NCBI GenBank assembly: GCA_038043525.1
Contig: JBBTBW010000009.1
Coordinates: 6,114-70,113 of the forward strand
DNA length: 64,000 nt
From: Deltaproteobacteria bacterium
Lineage (GTDB): Bacteria; Desulfobacterota; GWC2-55-46
Direction of reading: 5' to 3'
The number at the start of each line of letters is the position of its first letter. The stretch's first letter is position 1. This document shows, piece by piece, positions 59,649-64,000 of this stretch. The notes below the pieces were generated by a model that was not told where the DNA came from, searched no databases, and saw only the letters and a program-made list of their open reading frames with translations. Both the position numbers and the translations under genes were made by a program.

Positions 59649-59957
59649 TCAGGTCTTGATCTTTTTGCCGAGCCTCTTTTCAACGCTTTTGAGCTTTTCT
59701 TCCAGCCTGTCAAGAGGCTTTCCCGGCCTCATGTCGATCTGAATGCTGGAGACGAGCCTCGGCGTTGTCTTTATCGCCTCGTCGTGGCACTTTTTAATGA
59801 CCTCCATCACGCCGTCCCATTCGCCCTCAAGCACAGTGCCCATTGGGTTTGCCTTATATGGCAGGCCGCTCTCGGAGACTATCTTCATGACGCGGGCGAT
59901 CTCTTCGCCCATTGATTCGCCTTTTCCTATCGGGATAATGGTGAACTCCGCAAGCAT
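59649..59957 (-). CDS. MTH1187/YkoF thiamine-binding family protein
   Basis: EFTIIPIG, SGLPY..NPMGTVLEG, IDMR...KLKSV. Confidence 0.92.
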   Translation of the reverse strand: MLAEFTIIPIGKGESMGEEIARVMKIVSESGLPYKANPMGTVLEGEWDGVMEVIKKCHDEAIKTTPRLVSSIQIDMRPGKPLDRLEEKLKSVEKRLGKKIKT

Positions 59958-60039
59958 CTGAACCTCCTTTTTAATAAACTTCGCTTTGCATTTGAACCTG
60001 CCAGGCTCCGGGATCCGGCAGAGGGCCGGCTACAACGGC

Positions 60040-61050
60040 TCAGAGGCCTACGCCGTCTATCGGGGCGGAACACTTCGGGCAGGCTGAATCTGTTATCGAG
60101 TTCTTTTTTACTGTGAAGCCAACCCGCTCTATCAGCATCTCTTTGCACTTGTAGCAGTATGTCGACTCCCCGGCGTCTCCGGGTATGTTGCCGGTGTAAA
60201 CGTACCTGAGCCCCTCTTCAAGGCCGATCTCCCTTGCGCGGCGCAGGGTCGAGGCAGGGGTAGGAGGCAGGTCCTGCATCTTGTAAGACGGGTGGAACGC
60301 GCTTATGTGCCAGGGCATCGTCTTATCGGTCTTTGCTATCCAGCGCGCGAGGCTTCTAAGCTCTTCCTCACTGTCGTTCATGGTAGGGATCACGAGTGTC
60401 GTCAATTCGACCCATATCCCCGCTTTTCTCATCCGCTCGACTGATTCGAGGACCGGGGCAAGCCTGGCCCCGCAGACCTTTTTGTAAAAGCCTTCCGTGA
60501 ATGCCTTTATGTCGACGTTCGCTCCGTCGAGCATGCCTTTAAGCTCTGCTATGCATTCGCCCGTCATGTAGCCGTTTGTCACGAAGATGTTTTTTAGGCC
60601 CTTTTCGCGGGCCATCATCCCTGTGTCCCAGGCGTATTCGAAGAAGATGGTAGGCTCCGTGTATGTGTATGAGATGGACGAACATCCGGTCGCCAGCGCC
60701 TCGTTGACAACTTCTTCAGAGGAGACGAGATCGCCTATGACCCGCTTCTGGTCTTTAGGCATCTGCGAGATGTCGGAGTTCTGGCAGTGGAGGCACCTGA
60801 AGTTGCATCCGACCGTTGCTATCGAATATGACTTTGACGCAGGCTGAAAATGGAAGAGGGGCTTTTTTTCGATAGGGTCGATGTGTTCGGCTATAAGACG
60901 GCCGTAGACGGCGGTGTTGAGGATGCCGCCGATGTTCTCCCTTACGCCGCATACGCCCCTATGCCCGTCCGCGATGTGGCATCTGAACGAACACAGGTGG
61001 CAGTCGACATAACCGCCTTCGGCCTGACTGTAGAGACGCGCTTCTCTCAT
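60040..61050 (-). CDS. amrS: AmmeMemoRadiSam system radical SAM enzyme
   Basis: CHLCSFRC, CGVR, DPIEKKPLFHF, GCNFRCLHCQN, YTYTEP, YVYTGN, C-terminal Zn ribbon. Confidence 0.93.
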   Translation of the reverse strand: MREARLYSQAEGGYVDCHLCSFRCHIADGHRGVCGVRENIGGILNTAVYGRLIAEHIDPIEKKPLFHFQPASKSYSIATVGCNFRCLHCQNSDISQMPKDQKRVIGDLVSSEEVVNEALATGCSSISYTYTEPTIFFEYAWDTGMMAREKGLKNIFVTNGYMTGECIAELKGMLDGANVDIKAFTEGFYKKVCGARLAPVLESVERMRKAGIWVELTTLVIPTMNDSEEELRSLARWIAKTDKTMPWHISAFHPSYKMQDLPPTPASTLRRAREIGLEEGLRYVYTGNIPGDAGESTYCYKCKEMLIERVGFTVKKNSITDSACPKCSAPIDGVGL

Positions 61051-61090
61051 GAGGAATACTCCGTCTTGCTAAACCCCCGCCCTCGGCGTA

Positions 61091-61582
61091 TTACTGTCTG
61101 GTCCAGGTGACGCGCGCGAGTTTTACGTCGTCGCTCCATTTGAACTCGACAGAGCCTGAATAGGTCTTCTCAAGCATCCTGCCGATCCTTTGAGCGAACT
61201 TGTCGGTAGTCGTGCTGATCTCTATCAGGCCTTTTGACTCTTTCATCTCTATTATGCGCTCAAGCGGATTGATGTGCTCAGCCCTCTTTTCCTTGTTGCT
61301 TATGAGATGGATTATCTCGTCCCTGTGGCCGTCTACGAACGCGCCCTTGATGGTGACGAACCCCTGAGCGAACCTGTCGCGCACCTTCTTGCAGGCAGGG
61401 CATAAGACCTCGGTCTTGTTCACGTACGCAAGGGATTGGGGAACTTCACTCTTTTTCATCCATCTCTTGTCGCGGTACACAGAACCGCATTTTTTGCAGA
61501 GAGTGACACCTTTGGGGCCGGCCTTGCGCATGTACGGGTCGCTTTGCGTATCTATCGCTTTTCTCCTGACTATCCCTTTCAC
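61091..61582 (-). CDS. BCAM0308-like (NMD3-related) zinc-binding protein
   Basis: DPY, CKKCG, LCPAC, NPLERI, TT...AQRIG, RVTW. Confidence 0.85.
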   Translation of the reverse strand: MKGIVRRKAIDTQSDPYMRKAGPKGVTLCKKCGSVYRDKRWMKKSEVPQSLAYVNKTEVLCPACKKVRDRFAQGFVTIKGAFVDGHRDEIIHLISNKEKRAEHINPLERIIEMKESKGLIEISTTTDKFAQRIGRMLEKTYSGSVEFKWSDDVKLARVTWTRQ

Positions 61583-61881
61583 TGTGTGCCTCCTTTCTCA
61601 GGTTTTCAGGCCTCGGGGCGGCGAGATGGAATTAAGGCCCGCTGATACAATTATACATCATCTGCAGATCTTCCAGGGTGATGACGGTAAAAGAAAGAAG
61701 ACCCGGTCTGATGGGCGCAAAGCCTCTATTATACCGGCTGAAGGCATCTGTTGTTATTAAGCTATTCGTAATGGTCGGCGTCGCTCGTCACGGCCTTTAA
61801 GTCCTGCGGATGCGGCACTCCTCTTATCCCGGAGGTGCTTCTCAGAGGGATAAGCCGAAGGTCACAGGCAAAGGCCTCAGG

Positions 61882-62994
61882 TCAGCTTGTCTTCCTGAAT
61901 CTGTCCCCGAGTTTTTCAAGGACGAGACTTATTGAGGCGATCTCAGCGGCGCTGTTCGGGCTGCGGTGGGGCCTGAACGGCCCATGGCGTCTCGTATAAT
62001 CGGTTATGTCAGAGGCGCGGCGTCTGGTCTCATCGAAGCTCGGGTCGTCGAACATGTCATGCGGCCCGATAAGGCGTCCGTTTGAGAGCTGGAAACCGGC
62101 AGCAATGACCCTTGGAGGGCCGTCAAAACGCGTCGGGTTGGCCTCATAGAACGGCACCGGCATGAGAGGCCCTGCATGCGCCCCGCGCATCCATCCGCTC
62201 ACCATGTGCGGAAAGCTGAAGGCCTCCATAGTCTCTCCCGCGGTCGGAAATCCTGTCTGGCATCTGATGATAAGGGCAGGCTCGCACATCTCGGTCGCTT
62301 CACCTGCCTCCATAGAGAACTTTTGCGATGAGACGGTCGCGGCTGGTTCCGCGTCGGAGTTCCTGTAGACCTCGGTTATGAGATACCTTTCGGTAGAGCC
62401 GATAAGGGCAAGCAGGGAGTGGAGCTCTTTGGGGGCTGAGAGTATGATCTCTTTGTTGCTTGCGAGGTCAAGGACCTTGAATGAAAAACCCTCTGTCATA
62501 ACCGCGTCGAGTATAAGCCCTGCGGTGTTGAAAGGGTCGGCGAATATCTTGTATACAGGAAGGTTCCACGCGCCCGTCCCGGTCTTGTTGCACATCAGCA
62601 CCACGACAGGCTCGCTCGTCCTTTCAAGAAACTCCATCTCCGCGACCCCCGGCCCCATGCAGACAAGGCTTCCCTTGAAAGACTCGTTCAAGAGGCCGCG
62701 CTCGGCGCCGTGGAGCTTGAGCTCTGTTGCCACCTCACGGCAGGCGGTAAAAATGTTCCATGAAAGCTCATGGACGACCTTTGATCCAACGCCCTTTGTA
62801 TGGGTGATTATGAGGCCGATGTCATCGCCGCACCTGAGGACGTGGAAGTCCTCGATGACTCTTTTTTCACGGCTGTTGTATAGCCTCTCTTTTGCTGTGT
62901 TGAGTATGTCGGGGTGGCTGCTGACATGGCCTATGAAGCCGCCGACATCGGCGGTCATGACGCTAAGGGTGATCTTTCCGGTATTCGAATCCAC
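61882..62994 (-). CDS. Class V FBP aldolase/phosphatase homolog with degenerate active site
   Basis: ADVG..GH, CGDD, GPGVAEMEF.ER.SEP, FADPFNTAGL, GWMRG.H.GPLMP, TRFDGPPRV and RRHGPF.PHR are kept, but YVGKDDP is replaced by ATEMCEP; GTG start with GGAGG RBS. Confidence 0.92.
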   Translation of the reverse strand: MDSNTGKITLSVMTADVGGFIGHVSSHPDILNTAKERLYNSREKRVIEDFHVLRCGDDIGLIITHTKGVGSKVVHELSWNIFTACREVATELKLHGAERGLLNESFKGSLVCMGPGVAEMEFLERTSEPVVVLMCNKTGTGAWNLPVYKIFADPFNTAGLILDAVMTEGFSFKVLDLASNKEIILSAPKELHSLLALIGSTERYLITEVYRNSDAEPAATVSSQKFSMEAGEATEMCEPALIIRCQTGFPTAGETMEAFSFPHMVSGWMRGAHAGPLMPVPFYEANPTRFDGPPRVIAAGFQLSNGRLIGPHDMFDDPSFDETRRRASDITDYTRRHGPFRPHRSPNSAAEIASISLVLEKLGDRFRKTS

Positions 62995-63156
62995 TGTTCC
63001 CTCCGGCCAAGCCAAGTCTCGCTTGCCTGTCTTTCATACCGGCATGCCGGCATACGGACATAAGGCCACAGATCTCTTTGTCGATCTGCGGCAGGCCGGC
63101 GATTAACGGCCTGTTCGCGGCCCTATTGCCCGGGATGGGCTGAAAAGACCAGATAC

Positions 63157-63194
63157 AAAAAGAGATACGCGGCCCAAGGGCCGCGTATCTCTTT
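63157..63194 (-). terminator. Terminator after the ytxH-like gene
   Basis: AAAGAGATACGCGGCCC / GGGCCGCGTATCTCTTT perfect stem. Confidence 0.85.
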
Positions 63195-63209
63195 CGAGGA
63201 TAAATATCC

Positions 63210-63518
63210 TCATGATATCTCTCTGAGGAGCCTCTCTTTACCCCTCAGGAAGGCCTCTTTACCGGCATCGACTGCCGCTTTAAGGTCTTCTTTCTTCTCG
63301 TCTACGATCTGCCTTACCTTGTCGGTCGTATCGGCTACGGTGTGCCTGGCGTCATCATATTTGTCTCTGGTCCAGTCAGTAGCATCTCCGAGACCATCTT
63401 TCATCTTCTTTCTGGTCTGGGCCCCTGAATTGGGCGCATAGAGCAGTGCGATGCCGGCTCCGACCACGCCTCCGATAAGGAAAGCGAGAACTGTTCCGCC
63501 TCTTCTAGTCCGTTCCAT
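63210..63518 (-). CDS. YtxH domain protein
   Basis: FLIGGVVGAGIALLYAPNSG..TR. Confidence 0.92.
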   Translation of the reverse strand: MERTRRGGTVLAFLIGGVVGAGIALLYAPNSGAQTRKKMKDGLGDATDWTRDKYDDARHTVADTTDKVRQIVDEKKEDLKAAVDAGKEAFLRGKERLLREIS

Positions 63519-63894
63519 CACTGCCACCTCCTTTTGGGTAGCGCTTGAAAAACCGTTTAAAACCTTCTTCAGCCCCGAAAAGAAAACTTATAAAAGAGAC
63601 TATCGGACTCCGTACTCCATCGACTACGGCATTTGCCAAGCCGGTGGCCTTGAGACCGACATCCTTGACGCCTCGTATAAGCTCACCTACGTCTTCCGTA
63701 TGCCCTTCAATTGTTCGTACTATCGTGTTGATCCCCTCCAAGGTGCGTTTGGACTCGATCGTAAGGTCCTCTACAGCCTTGATAGTCCTCTTAAGTTGTA
63801 AGATCGTCGGGACAACAGCCGCTACAAGTATTATTATCGCCAAAGCAACAATGAGCAGAGCCACTTCATAAACGTCAGCAGATATTGTCATCAT
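63505..63894 (-). CDS. DUF948 (YoxC-like) membrane-anchored coiled-coil protein
   Basis: N-terminal TM then PTILQLKRT coiled coil; typical partner upstream of ytxH. Confidence 0.85.
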   Translation of the reverse strand: MMTISADVYEVALLIVALAIIILVAAVVPTILQLKRTIKAVEDLTIESKRTLEGINTIVRTIEGHTEDVGELIRGVKDVGLKATGLANAVVDGVRSPIVSFISFLFGAEEGFKRFFKRYPKGGGSDGTD

Positions 63895-63907
63895 TCCCCC
63901 TGATTTG

Positions 63908-63935
63908 AGTATATCCTGTTATAGATTGGTGTCAA
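63908..63935 (-). promoter_or_regulatory. sigma-70 promoter of the DUF948-ytxH pair
   Basis: Minus strand TTGACA-N16-TATACT. Confidence 0.6.
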
Positions 63936-64000
63936 GCTGGCAACGGCTCTTCTTCTTGGACTTTTTTCCATTAAAAACAGCTAGTTGCAAAGTTGCGCAT

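Overview
Housekeeping-rich 64-kb chromosomal segment, roughly mid-50s %GC by eye. Gene content and order (dnaX-ybaB-recR-por-mglB-mglA, tgl/pilF-rodZ, yqeY-mutS2-dnaG-rpoD, LysM-dprA-topA) suggest a deltaproteobacterial (Desulfobacterota/Myxococcota-like) organism; this is inference. It holds about 57 CDS, two tRNA-Ser genes and the SRP RNA. I saw no prophage, integrase, transposase or CRISPR array. Most interesting signals: (1) an intact, full-length FBP aldolase/phosphatase paralog whose catalytic Lys/Tyr and several metal ligands are replaced, i.e. a likely pseudoenzyme; (2) an orphan OmcE-like nanowire cytochrome with an inserted fifth heme motif; (3) a dispersed ~136-bp palindromic repeat family with compensatory stem changes, sitting in three mosaic intergenic repeat clusters; (4) an unannotated 49-aa ORF behind a near-consensus sigma-28 promoter; (5) a PEP-CTERM gene with a sigma-54 promoter and two activator boxes; (6) tRNA trailers that covary with their own T-loops; (7) an A9 run in dnaX with nearby stops in both shifted frames; (8) recurrent 16-bp-spacer sigma-70 promoters alongside an RpoD that seems to lack region 1.1. 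All calls come from reading the sequence and recalled family motifs; no searches were run.
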